A stretch of DNA of 62,855 bases, the filler included, from Nemertoderma westbladi (Eukaryota; Animalia; Xenacoelomorpha), in the NCBI GenBank assembly GCA_032718475.1. It is 4 parts of 4 records of this genome, joined end to end, with 100 filler letters (N's around TTAATTAATTAA, not from the genome) between each part and the next. Parts side by side here need not be neighbours in the genome. Positions count along the whole stretch, not along the records: positions 1 to 18,638 come from JAUCBJ010005980.1; 3 more parts are not named here. One strand, written 5' to 3'. This document shows, in pieces, positions 1 to 12,589 of the stretch. Within the stretch, counting starts at the first letter, position 1. Each line of letters begins with the position of its first letter. Made by a program: the position numbers and the translations under genes. The notes below the pieces were generated by a model. It did not search any database and had not been told where the DNA came from. It was given only the letters and a program-made list of their open reading frames with translations.

Positions 1-517
1 CGCGCCCATTCCAATCCGCTTCCTCGGATTTATTCCAACTCGCAGGTCGCCACTTCCTCGTATACTCGGACCGGCTATCGGGTTACCCCGTGGTAGTGGA
101 GTGGCAGAATGACCCAACCGCTCAACAATGCGTGAACGTAATCCGCCCATTCTTTGTTGACCTCGGAGTACCTAATATTCTCCGAACCGACGGCGGCCCA
201 CAATATGCTGCCGAAACATTCCAGAACTTCCTGAAGGACTGGGGTGTACGCTGGGAAGCTAGCACACCACACTTCCCCAGCAGTAATGGACACGCCGAAG
301 CCAGTGTCAAACAGGTGAAGACACTACTCCGGAAAATACGTCACCCCAGTGTCCGATCTGAGGAGTTCCAGCGGGGGCTATTAGAGCTCCGCAATACACC
401 GCGCGCCAATGGGCGGTCGCCCAACGAAATCGTATTTGGACGACGGCTGAGGACATCCCTCCCTGCACATCATAGCCACTATAAGCAGCAGTGGCAGACG
501 GACGCCGATGAGGCGGA

Positions 518-1240
518 TAGATAGATAGATTTATTTATACATTATGTAAAAACAATAACAAATACACCAAACAATGTACCGGTATAAAGGTATTGTCCAA
601 CATAACATATAGGATTACCCCTAAAGCTTTGCAGCTTATTTCCAAGGGGGTCCTTTATGTTACTTGGTTACAAATACAATATTACACTACGCTAACCTAA
701 AACCAATATAAAACGTAATTACACTATGTACATGTACAACTTTACCGAGAGCGTGACAATGCCCGACTCAACGATAAAGATGTAATGTACAGAACAATTT
801 ATTATAAAACGTAATTACAGTATAAATAGTAAATAATTAATAAACTAATAACTTACTGTAGGACTATTGTACCTATTTTTACATTGCACACGGAGATGAG
901 ATTTAACTGCAGATTTAAAAGAATGTTGATTATTTAGGTTTTTAATTTCATTAGGCAGAGCGTTCCAATTTTTAATGCCGTTAAAAAAGAAAGTATCAGA
1001 TTCAAAGGATTTACAATTCGGGAGGTAGAAGTTTGAAGCACTAGCTCTGGTACTGTAAGAGTGTGTATCGCGTACTCTGTTGAATTTTTGTTTTAGGTAA
1101 TTGGGACACTTACCATTATACACTTTATGCACATGGTTAAGGCGTAGCTGCTTAACTCTACTATCTAAGTTAAGTAGTCCAGATTCAGAAAAGTCATCTG
1201 GAGTTAGGTGGTGCCTAGGTTTGTAGTCTTTAATAAACAT
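518..1240 (-). mobile_element. 5'-truncated L2/CR1-group LINE (RT C-terminus, 3' UTR, (ATCT)n tail)
   Basis: ORF 845-1273 ends CPNYL...HSYSTRAS...FFFNGIKNWNALP...FKSAVK. The tail reads aataaatctatctatc on the minus strand. 5-bp TSD GCGGA at 513-517 and 1241-1245. Confidence 0.9.
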
Positions 1241-1715
1241 GCGGAAGCACGCGCGGCGATGCAACGAGACCAAGCTGTCCGAAACTATAACCAGACAGCC
1301 CGGAATCTACCGCCAATCCCAGTGGGAATCCGTGTCCAGGATCCAGTTACCAAACATTGGACCCACACCGGAACTACAGTGGAGGCAGGCTCGCGGCGAG
1401 ACTACAGAGTAAAGTTGGAGTCGGGCCGCACTTGGTGGAGAAACCGCCGTTTCCTCCGCCCATACCCCTCCATACCACCAGGTGGCGATAGCGAACCTCT
1501 ATGTCAGGACCAGGACAAACCGCTTATTTCTTGTACGGCTCCGGGTTCATTGACCCCAAAACCGAAACAACCCGACCACCCTACGATATCTGAAACTGAA
1601 AGTGAATTGAAAGTATACTGTACCACACACGTCCCAGCACCCTAGCTCAACGCAAGACGGTTACTTGGGAACTCGATCGCAAGCACATGGCTTGAGATCG
1701 CAGAGGAAAAGGGGG

Positions 1716-1991
1716 TGTGGTGAATTAATTATACTGTATAAATATATCAATATTACTATTGCATGCTTATATTGTGATGGCACTTTGGAATATATTCGGG
1801 GTACTGATTACTCTATATTGTACCAATATATGTAACATTACTGCTGTACTGCCTATGCAGGTACTGAGGTAGCATGACAGCACAGCAGCAGGACAGTGTA
1901 TTGCTGTACTTCAGTTGTACTCTTGAGAGACATTATACATATATTATATTATTATAAAACTCTTGTTTAATGGGCTCATTAGCTCACAACA
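1716..1991 (+). repeat. 3' LTR (~276 bp) of the Gypsy element
   Basis: Starts TGTGGTG right after the PPT and ends CACAACA (imperfect terminal inverted repeat). Confidence 0.75.
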
Positions 1992-2162
1992 GGGATCCTC
2001 TCTTCTTTGATTTATTCTTATTGGCGTTTTGGTTAAATTTTTTTAATTATTTATTTAAATTTCTTAAGTACCGATTTTGGGATAGAATTGCTCAATTTTA
2101 ATCTGTATCTAATAACTGAGCCTCGTCCTGCGCGATGGCCCCACGAACGTGTTACTTGATAG

Positions 2163-2359
2163 GTATCTACTACAACATAAATAAAGCCTTATGTTTATTA
2201 TTTTATGTAGCTGCAACTAAAACGGGATCAGTCTGTTTGTTTGAGAGAATGCTCACTTATGTAAAGTTTGGTTAAGTTAATTAATTAATTTATTTATGTT
2301 TGATATTGTCCATTTATTGATTGACTGTATAGAAGCTTGTGAACTACAAGGCTTTCTAG
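2163..2359 (+). mobile_element. Non-autonomous Helitron-like 3' end; inverted copy at 35073-35262
   Basis: ~190 bp dispersed repeat ending in a short hairpin (cttgt-gaact-acaag) followed by CTAG|T in both copies. Confidence 0.55.
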
Positions 2360-2834
2360 TACATTAGGAAGTATCGTACCAATACCAAATGCACGCCAAG
2401 GAAGAATAATACAGTACTACTGTACTGTACATAAAACATAATTGTTATTGCATTGCTAGAATGGGAGGGTTGCCCTTTCCCTGCACAGCACATCAACCTC
2501 CACTGGGCAACCTCAGACAGCAACTCAGATAGCCAGACAACCAATATAATCAACTCACCTTCACCATATTATTATTAGTTGTCTGGGTAGCTGCATAGTA
2601 GGCTAGGGTAGCCCAGTCATGGTAACATACAAAACACTTAGGTAACGTAACATTTCTCCTTATCTCAATGGCAATCCCTTATGAATTAATTGTGCAAAGT
2701 GTACAAGTATTTATTGAACAGCCAGAATTAATATAAATGAATAAGGTCAGATTGTGTTCGGTAAGTAAATCCCTACTTTCGGGCCCAGGCAGCGGACCCT
2801 GTTGCCCCCACCCCTGATAATTACCAGGGCCGTA

Positions 2835-2865
<31 letters not shown>

Positions 2866-3180
2866 ATGCCCCAGGCCCCCACCACGATCCCAGAACTATA
2901 GGGATCGACCGACCTATACAGGAGCCGAACCGGAACTGAACTAAAACCGAAAATGACAATTTTGAATTTTACCAATTATTTTTCCCAAAATATAACAGAA
3001 ACAAAAACTATTTGCTAAACTTTACTAAACTGCTTCAAATTTCTAATTTCCACGTCTAATACTACTACTAAGATTGGCATGCTGCATTGCAACTGCATTA
3101 TATATATATATTACATATATATTAACCCTATTCCACCTGGGCTCTTTTGTCGGAGATTCCACCTGGGGTTGGGCATAATG

Positions 3181-3277
3181 TTCATATTGGCATAATCGGC
3201 ATTTGTTGACAAGCCGGCACAGCATTCTTAAAAATGCAGCTGCAATGCAGCATGCCGATCCTAGTAGTAGTAGTAGT
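3181..3277 (+). mobile_element. Very short 3' end of an RTE-like LINE with (TAG)n tail
   Basis: Tail ...gcagctgcaatgcagcatgccgatcc(tag)n with 10-bp TSD GGGCATAATG (3171-3180, 3278-3287). Related pieces at 3056-3096(-), 16950-17000(+), 50480-50622(+), 56205-56500(-). Confidence 0.8.
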
Positions 3278-3790
3278 GGGCATAATGCCCAACCCTGGCA
3301 GCGGGCCCGGGGTTCCGTTTTATTGTATCCAAATCCTGGACAGGCTATTTAACCCTGCCCATGCCTTCCCCTTACGTATCCGAAGGTCTTCAGCACCTGA
3401 CTCTCTGATCCTGATCCATCCATGATCCAAGAAAGCCATCCTTAGAGCTCATGCCATTACGATCGTACATTTCTTGAGGGCTGTCTAGGTTGACTGTCAT
3501 GATTTTGGTCTTCTTGGAATTTACAAAAAGCCCCATTTACACCCCCACACACACAATATTTGGCGGTTGGTGCACGCATTAATAAAATAGGAAACTTCCG
3601 GAAAATGTATAGAAAATTTCCGGAAATTTTGAAACATTTCCTGACTCATATCTCTACTAATATATTTACATCTACATTCAGGTTTATTTGAAAGGTATTT
3701 GCAATACATAGTGCCTTTCAGTATACTGTAGTATAGTCCGTGAGAAGTGCTCGGCGGCGTATGTGCAAACACCATACAGTAGAGTTCAGG

Positions 3791-4296
3791 CCCCCACTAC
3801 TGACCCGGCCCCAGGCGACCCACTACTGACCCGGCCCCAGGCCACCCACTACTGACCCGGCCCCAGACCACCCACTACTGACCCGGCCCCAGGCCACCCA
3901 CTACTGACCCGGCCCCAGGCCACCCACTACTGACCCGGCCCCAGGCCCCCACCACTGACCCGGCCCCAGACCACCCACTACTGACCCGGCCCCAGGCCAC
4001 CCACCACTGACCCGGCCCCAGACCACCCACTACTGACCCGGCCCCAGGCCACCCACTACTGACAGACTGACCCGGCCCAGGCAACCCACTACTGACCCGG
4101 CCCCAGACCACCCACTACTGACCCAGCCCCAGGCCACCCACTATACTGACCCGGCCCCAGGCCACCCACTACTGACCCGGCCCCAGGCCACCCACTATAC
4201 TGACCCGGCCCCAGACCACCCACTACTGACCCGGCCCCAGGCCACCCACTACTGACTCGGCCCCAGGCCCAGACCACCCACTACTGACCCGGCCCC
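3791..4296. repeat. 26-bp GC-rich minisatellite (ctactgacccggccccaggccaccca), ~19 copies
   Basis: Direct tandem repeats read from the sequence. Confidence 0.95.
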
Positions 4297-4820
4297 ATGC
4301 CACCCACCACTCTAAATCCGGCCCTGATAATTACCCGAAATAGTGTTTTGGGGCGAGTGACAAGTAAGCGATCTTATCATACTGGTTCCTCTGTTTCAAA
4401 CTGTTGTTCTTCAGTCGGTCGGTCTGTGTCTGGTCTGTCAGATTACCCCAAAACCTCTGCGCTCTGGTCCGGTCAGCCGGTGGACGGTAGGCTTCGAGCT
4501 ACCATAGTGCTGTAGTGTTACCCATACGTTATGCCACAACACTTCAGCACTTACTTACTTCAACTGTTCAAAGGACCAAATGGTCAAATGAACGTGTTGT
4601 ATTGTTGATATTGAGAACGTTTACTTTATCTGTTTATGCTTTATTGCTTTACTTTGCTATTACCTAGGCAACCACTGTTGTTGAATTCAGTTGTTGAATT
4701 GGGTACCGTACTCAGAGAGTCATCTCTATCATATACCAGTACAGCAGTATACTGGTATACGGTAGAGTAGACCTACCCTTACTGCCTTACAGCCCTACCT
4801 GTACCAATTCCAATCCTATC

Positions 4821-7409
4821 ATGGATTTTCATCGATTGAAATACGAATGTCACCAGGACAAACTACCTAAATTACCTATACCCAAACTGACACAAACAGT
4901 TACTGGTTATCTGCGAGCTATCAAACCGATAACCGATAAAAAACAATGGGAGGAATTCTCCATCTTAGCTAGAAACTTTGCCAGGAGCCCCGATTCAGTG
5001 AAATTACAGAATCATCTGGAACTAATAAAAGGTTTACGTGACAGCTGGTTGGAAGACTACTGGTTGAGGGCCGCCTACCTTGAACCCCGGGTCCCAAAAC
5101 CGATATATGTGAGTCCCGCTTCTACGTTGGTTCGATTCCCGTTCCGTGATCTAGAGGGACAAATACAGGCGGCGGCGCGTGCGATAGTGGGCGTACAGAA
5201 CTACTACACTTCCGTACTGCAGTACTCGCTCGAGAACGAGCACAAACAAGGTGTTCCTCAGAGCATGGAACAGTTGTATAAACTTATTGGTAGTTCCTGT
5301 GTTCCGGGGGTTGGTTGTGATTTCTTACGAACTATAGACGATAGCCAACCCAAACCGAGGCATATCATAGTAGCTTATAAGAACCAGTTCTACTCAATAA
5401 ATCTATTTAATGAGAAGTTCGAACCTTTCTCGATAGACCAAATGTATTACCTTCTAAAGAAATTAACTAGCCATCCTATAGAACGTCCTGGAGAGGAGGT
5501 GGGAGTTCTTTCTAGTTTAGATCGAGACGATTGGGCCGGTATTTATAATAAACTTAAAGAGAACCCGACTAATTATTATTCTCTCGATAAAATTATGGGT
5601 TGCTTAGCTGTTGTTTGTTTGGATAACCCGCTACCCGGATGGGATACCGAGGGAATCGAGGAGTTACAAAGGCAGAGTTTCTTTAACTGTTTGTTCGGGA
5701 TTTCTGCCGAGGTGAACAGTTGTAACCGATGGTACGATGTTGGGATACAGATCGTTATAACCAGGTAGGTACCGGTACCGGCTGACCGGTTAGTAATGGA
5801 ACTAATGGAAGTATTGTTATTTAACGCTGGATTGTGGCAATTAAATTTTTTTGGTTTCCTAAATTTTCAATTTTCCTGAATTGAATTAATCTAACAAGTT
5901 ATTTTTTGCCTCTCATTTTGAGATAATTATAAAATATCGCTTTAATACCGCTTGCAGATTAGTAATGAGAACATCGCGACGTCACTTTTAAATTGATTAA
6001 ATAAAATGGGGCAAAAGTTTTCACCGTTAAAAACATAGAAGGCAGTTTGTACGTCTTTTAGGCAACTTATTTATATATCGGGTTTTGGCTGAGTTACCTT
6101 TCTATCTCATTACAGTTCGATTCTCTATGACCGGATAGCTGATATTGCGAATGGCATTAGGAACAATGCGACCCATTTTTTATTTTTGCTTACTAACTTT
6201 CTTTCGACACCAAGCCCCAGAGGTGTTTCCTTTACAGTTTCAAATTGGTTTCATCAAGGTAGATTAGAGATACATTGTGGAGAACTTTTGTACAGACTTA
6301 TTTGGACAGAGATTGAATGCAGTCCTGTTCTGCGCAAAATGATAGTAATTAATAGTCCTTCCTAGATAGGATATCATCTATCTGGAACTTCAACTTGCAC
6401 GGTTCGCTTCGTGTCTTATCTATATTTCATTACATTCTTATATTGCTAATAAGCAAGCACTCGCTTTCTACTACTAGAAGCTTTGTCTTACAGGGATGGG
6501 TGTCTGGGCCAGGTTCAGGAACACTCAGCTGCTGATGGGACAGCCTTCAGTCAGTTCTTTGCCTCTCTCAGAGACATCGGGATTTCGTACATGACGCACA
6601 ACTTCCGGGAGGATGGGGTCGACTGTGGTGATAACGATTCTGAGCATTTGGAATTCATAGTTGATGAACACGTGAAAGGAGAGATAGTTTGTGCGAAAAC
6701 GGAGATCCAACGGGCCGGTGATAACGTGGCGTTCACAACGTTTACTTTCCGGGATTATGGGAAGGAGTTGATTAAATCGTGGAATCTCGGCCCCGATTCC
6801 TGGTTGCAGGTCGCCTTTCAGCTCGCTTTCTACCGGATACACGGTGGGTTCCCGGCGACCTACGAGAGCTGCTCTACCCGTGGGTTCCTCCATGGACGCA
6901 CGGAGAATCTACGCACTTTGTCGGAGGAGTCAGCGGCGTTCGTTAGATCCGCAGTGGATGTGACGGAGGAGGGAGCGGGGTCGGAGGAGCGGCATAGACT
7001 GCGGGAGCTGCTGGTGAGAGCCTCCGCAAGGTACAGGGAGTGCCAAATCGCAGCCATTTCGGGCTTGGGCTTTGACCGGCATCTCCTGGGGTTGAACTCG
7101 GCCTCTAGAGATCTCGGTATCGATATTCCAATGTTCCGCGATCCGGTATTCCTGGACTCCATGCGGTTCCGATTGTCCACCAGTAAGGTGGACACCGGGG
7201 GCTTGGGATGGATTGTTGGATTCGGTCCGGTCTGCCCAGACGGCTACGGGGTCTGTTACGAGATTTATCCTGAGTTTCTTGTCGTTTCCGTCACTTCTTA
7301 CAAGGACTGCGGCATCACAGACGCATATCGTTATGCTGCAACACTGCAGCAATCCCTTCGCCATATGAAGCACATAGTTCTGACAACTAATTTAGCGCAC
7401 AAACTTTAG
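4821..7409 (+). CDS. Carnitine O-acyltransferase (CRAT-like), exons 4821-5764 and 6494-7409, 619 aa, PTS1-like C-terminus HKL
   Basis: Family motifs LPKLPIPKL, WLEDYW, NRWYD, catalytic EHSAADG, YESCSTRGFLHGRTE, DRHLLGL, LSTS, GFGPVCPDGYGVCY. The GT-AG phase-2 intron 5765-6493 joins the two ORFs in frame (AG+G=Arg). Confidence 0.95.
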
Positions 7410-9111
7410 GTAAAGGTTCTTCTTTCTTTTATTTACATTTAGTTGGATTTATTTTTTTAATTATTAATTTTTTATTCTTGGAATATGTAACTAAATCACT
7501 CATCCCATGTCTTACTATTAGATTAGATTTTTTTAATAATTATATCATTTTATTTATAATATGATTTCGAATCTCTAACTTTATTTATCATTACAACTTC
7601 ACAAATTATATTGGTACGTAGATTGCTTTTTTGATTAACACATACCATCGTGTAGCTCGCTAATTAGCCGACAATTTGTAGTCCATAGCTTTATCTGCTA
7701 GTCACCGGGTTGTGTTTAACAACGTAGCTGGAACTCCTTCATTCAAGAGTTTATACACTTTGAGACCAAAGTACTGGACGCTCTGATGGTGTGATAGCTT
7801 ACTTTTTGTATTTTAATTGGTAACATTGAGGAGTCGTGCCCTAGCGCACTTCACTTAATTAAAACTGCAAATAATGTTCCATCAAAGTATGGCTTATTAC
7901 TTCAATAATATACCATGTCCTGGAATATAGTACTTTAGATACGCGTTTCTAATGATGTCTAGATTACATTCCAAAGACGAAAAAAATAAAGCCAACAGAT
8001 GGTTAAATATTGAATAGGCATTTTTAATGACTTGTTGTAGCTAAATAATTTTAAAATTTGAAAATCTGGCCAGGCCAGCAATAAGTTGTCGAACTATCAT
8101 TATACCAAATTTCGTAGCGTTTAATTGAAATTTGAAAATTACTGGATGTCAGTAAACCATCCAGTAATGAAATATCGGGATAAATAAAATTAAAATCGTT
8201 AATTGAAGATGACATAAAATCGGGATCCCGAGAGTGATAATCCCGGTCCCGATCCCGAAAAGTCTGATCCGGTTTAAACACTAATCCGAACCACATTTTT
8301 GGGATTCTATATTTACCTCGTTAAATACCAAAAAACTACAAAATAAATTAATTGCCGAACATAAATATATTCAATGAAATTCTACCTAAATTTGCATAAG
8401 ACAAGTCAATCAAAAGGAACAAACAGTAGGGAAGAGTAAGTATCAAATTGGTGATGTTCCAGAATCCAGAATAATTTAATTAATTGCACAATATGATGCA
8501 ATTCAATAGGGAATGAATAAAATTTACTCTAACCTATCACCTAACCTGTCACACGGAAAGTGCTAAATCTCGGTAACTATAAGTCGCATCTAATTTTTAA
8601 ATATATCACAAATCTCACAATATATTAAGGTAACTTATACAACTCCACTGCAAGGAAATTTCATAATTTCAATTAATGTTAACAAAGATTTTTCACGTAA
8701 TAATAATTATTCTTTATTACATGGGAAAAAAGTAAAACTTTTTTTTCATTATTCTCGAGCCATTTTATTTACCGAGCGTCAGCGAGGTTAAACAGTGTCG
8801 AGGGAATATTGAAAAAAAATGTTCTGCGTTTTTTTCCTCGTTTTTTTTTCCGTGTTTTTCTATCTTTTAAGAAACTTTAGGAACCATCGTAAACATAAAT
8901 CGGGGAAAGAATACGTCGTGATTGCGCTGTATTAATAAAAAATTGCAATTGCTTTTGCATAAAATTTTCACACATTTTTATTGCATTCATTTATATATAA
9001 ATACCATTAGAAATTGTTTAAAAAATTTTGCTATTTTTTTTTGTTATGATAGCAAATTAATATGATATGCAGTATGATAGTGAGATAAAGTAGGCCTATG
9101 CAGGTCAGACA

Positions 9112-9925
9112 CAGGGTTCCACAAAATGCGGAAACCCGGAAACTAGGTTTCCGGAAGATTCTGAAAAATTCCGAAGATTTTTGACTCACTAAAAACCTGA
9201 GATGCAATGGAAATATAATTTATGCACCTAAACAATAATTTAAACCCCCAAAAGAGATCGATCGATTTACAAAATTATACCATATGTGGCAGTTCATATA
9301 GAAACCGACCAAAAAGGGATAAAGCATGTTCTGAGAAAGGTAAAAAACTAATGTTAGAAAAAATTGTGAAAAAAATTTTTGAACAAATTTACTATCAAAA
9401 TTTCTGAATTCCAAGGCAATATCTTAATGGCCAAGTGAATTAAAATGCTTCTGAATATCATTGATTTCCACAAAAAACGTTGGATTTTCTGTATCTTGTT
9501 TATATAATTTTGCTGAATAAAAATGCTTCGGAATATCAATCAACAGCTCACTATTAGTTGACTTTACCATTCAGTTGGACATTATCAGCGGCCGACTGCG
9601 GTATCCAGCGCACTTTTTAGATGGATTCCATACAGGGGCCGACTGCAGTGGTTTACACAATAATTAATTTAAGACGATCTTGAATATGGGGGAAAGTATT
9701 CAAATTCAAATATTCAAATTGATATAAATAAATAAAATAAGAATTAAAATCAGCTAACAAAGTGATGCAGCCCTTAAAACTCAACCATCCCCCAATATGC
9801 TCGCTTTCACTCTAGGAGATAGTGACACTGGAATCAATTATATACGGTAATTTTAATTAAAAATTCCGAAGTTTTTCAATTAAAAATTGTGGTTTCCGGA
9901 AGGTTTCAAATTTTGTGTAAGCCTG
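9112..9925. mobile_element. hAT MITE
   Basis: TIRs CAGGGTTCCACAAAAT / ATTTTGTGTAAGCCTG. Exact 8-bp TSD GTCAGACA at 9104-9111 and 9926-9933. Confidence 0.85.
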
Positions 9926-10446
9926 GTCAGACATTAACAATCCCAAAACGGCTGCTAAAGACCTTGGACTTGGTGATGCATATGATTTGTGGTGGATTAA
10001 CATGGATGATCGCGAACTGTTGTGTCAGCCGGCAATGCATGCTAGTGGCGTGGCCGATGGACAGGATGTTTGTTAATATTGTCATAAAGAACATTGACCG
10101 TAGGCGTACAGTGTGTTGACCTATAAAGTATAGGGGATCTGTGTTAAAACAAAGGGCTTGATAATGTTGTGTGTTATGTATATCACAACTATAATACACG
10201 AAGTGGGTCCTTTGCACAACACATGACATTGACATTAAACTTAACGTTAAGTGTCAACTCAAAACCACAAGGAAACAGCCAGTTGATTTTGTACATACAT
10301 GTTAACTTTCAGCTCAAGCGGATTAAATTCAAGGCAATGGTGGAATGTTTTCATTTTCAGATATTTCGCTCTCTCGTGGTATACTGCAGAGAACAGTGGA
10401 CCGATCATCTTCACAAAGACACAACATATGGTATAGTACATATATG

Positions 10447-12589
10447 GGGTAGGTGTAAAACGCTGATCCGGATTTAGGATCCGGATACGGATCAGGACCC
10501 GGATTTGCGAGTGTAAAAGGTGGATTCGGATTTACATACAATCCGTAACTGAGTGTAATATGCGGATTCTGAAATACGCAATCCGTATTGAAGTGTAAAA
10601 CGTGGATTCATATATTTTGTGAATCCGGGACGGAGTGTAAAACACGGATTTACGTTAATTACCAAGTTTTAATGGATCCGGGAAGGGGTGAATAACTCGG
10701 ATTCAATTTATTTACCAAGTTTTAATGGATCCGGGAAGGGGTGTAAAACGCGGATTCATATATTTTGTGAATCCGGGATGGAGTGTAAAACACGGATTTA
10801 CGTTAATTACCAAGTTTTAATGGATCCGGGAAGGGGTGTAAAACTCGGGTTCAATTTATTTACCAAGTTTTAATGGATCCGGGAAGGGGTGTAAAACCCA
10901 GATTCATGTTAATTACCAACTGTTACTGGATCCGGGAAGGGGTGTAAAACGCGGATTAAAGTTAATTACCAAGTTTTATTGGATCCGGGAATGGGTGTAA
11001 AACGCGGATTCAAGTTAATTACCAAGTTTTATTGGATCCGGGAAGGGGTGTAAAACACGGATTTACGTTAATTACCAAGTTTTAATGGATCCGGGAAGGG
11101 GTGTAAAACGCGGATCCACGTTAATTACCAGCTGTTACTGGATCCGGGAAGGGGTGTAAAACGCGGATTCCAGTTAATTACCAAGTTTTATTGGATCCGG
11201 AAGGGGTGTAAACACACGGATTTACGTTAAATACCAAGTTTTAATGGACCCGGGAAGGGGTGTAAAAGGCGGATCCATGTTTATTACCAGATGTTACTGG
11301 ATCCGGGAAGGGGTGTAAAACGCGGATTCAAGTTAATTACAAAGTTTTATTGGATCCGGGAATGGGTGTAAAACGCGGATTCATGTTAATTACCAAGTTT
11401 TATTGGATCCGGGAATGGGTGTAAAACGCGGATTCAAGTTAATTACCAAGTTTTATTGGATCCGGGAAGGTGTGTAAATCGCAGATTCAGGTTAATTATT
11501 ACAAAGTGCTACTGGATCCGGGAATGGGTGTAAAATGCGGATTCAATTCTTGGTAATTAACTTGAATCCGCGTTTTACACCTCTTCCCGGATCCAGTAAC
11601 ACTTTGTGATTAACCTGAATCCGTATTTTACACCCCTTCCCGGATCCAATATAACTTGGTAATTAACTTGAATCCGCGTTTTACACCCCTTCCCGGATCC
11701 AGTAACACTTGGTGATTAACCTGAATCCGCGAGTTTACACCCCTTCCCGGATCCAATAAAACTTGGTAATTCACTTGAATCCGCGCTTTACACCCCTTCC
11801 CGGATCCAATAAAACTTGGTAATTAACTTGAATCCGCGTTTTACACCCCTTCCCGGATCCAGTAACACTTGGTAATTAACTTGAATCGGCGTTTTACACC
11901 CCTTCCCGGATCCAATACAACTTGGTAATTAACTTTAATCCGCGTTTTACACCCCTTCCCGGATCCAATAAAACTTGGTAATTAACTTTAATCCCGTTTT
12001 ACGCCCCTTCCCGGATCCAATAAAACTTGGTGATTAACTTGAATCCGCGTTTTACACCCCTTCCCGGATCCAGTAACACTTGGTAAATAAATTGAATCCG
12101 CGTTTTACACCCCTTCCCGGATCCAATAAAACTTGGTAATTAAGTTGAATCCGCGTTTTACACCCCTTCCCGGATCCAATAAAACTTGTTAATTAACTTG
12201 AATCCGCGTTTTACACCCCTTCCCGGATCCAGTAACACTTAGTAAATAAATTGAATCCGCGTTTTACACCACTTCCCGGATCCAATAAAACTTTGTAATA
12301 AACCTGAATCCGTATTTTACACCCAATCCCGGATTCAGTAGAAATATGAATCCGCGTTTTACACTCCGTTCACGATTTAGCCTAAAACATGAATCCGCGA
12401 TTAACACTCCGTTCCGGATCTGAAAAAAAGTCAATCCGCGTTTTATACTCTGTTACGGATTCGGTAAATTTGTCAGTGCGCGGATCCGCAGATTACACCC
12501 TAAAAATGTAAATTCAGTCGACTTCCATAGGGGCAATGTTAAATGATAGAATCCGGATCCTGATCCGGATCCGCGTTTTACTCTGACCC
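10447..12589. mobile_element. Foldback / Mutator-like non-autonomous element built from two inverted arrays of a 53-bp unit
   Basis: TIRs GGGTAGGTGTAAAACGCTGATCCGGAT / ATCCGGATCCGCGTTTTACTCTGACCC and 9-bp TSD ACATATATG (10438-10446, 12590-12598). The unit ggatccgggaaggggtgtaaaacgcggattcaagttaattaccaagttttatt switches orientation near 11548. Confidence 0.9.

Larger units (their letters stand above)
1..1991 (+). mobile_element. 3' end of a Ty3/Gypsy LTR retrotransposon (integrase, PPT, 3' LTR), interrupted by a LINE
   Basis: Integrase core motifs (LRTDGGPQY...STPHFPSSNGHAEASVK...LELRNTP...SPNEIVFGRRLRT) in ORF 90-524 continue into ORF 1208-1645 (RVQDP...W...RDYRV...RNRRFLRP). PPT agaggaaaaggggg at 1702-1715. 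Confidence 0.9.
2825..4326. mobile_element. Non-autonomous hAT element containing a minisatellite and RTE tail insertions
   Basis: TIRs CAGGGCCGTATTTAG / CTAAATCCGGCCCTG. Exact 8-bp TSD ATAATTAC at 2817-2824 and 4327-4334. Confidence 0.9.

Noticed and set aside
3875-4277. Gly/Pro-rich ORFs, also the poly-Pro ORFs at 2679-2975 and 47282-47515 and ORFs at 58101-58445
   Set aside because: Translations of minisatellites or homopolymer runs.
6525-7373. Antisense ORFs over acyltransferase exon 2, and those over RPL15 and LHFPL
   Set aside because: Shadow ORFs of GC-rich coding sequence with no recognisable motifs.
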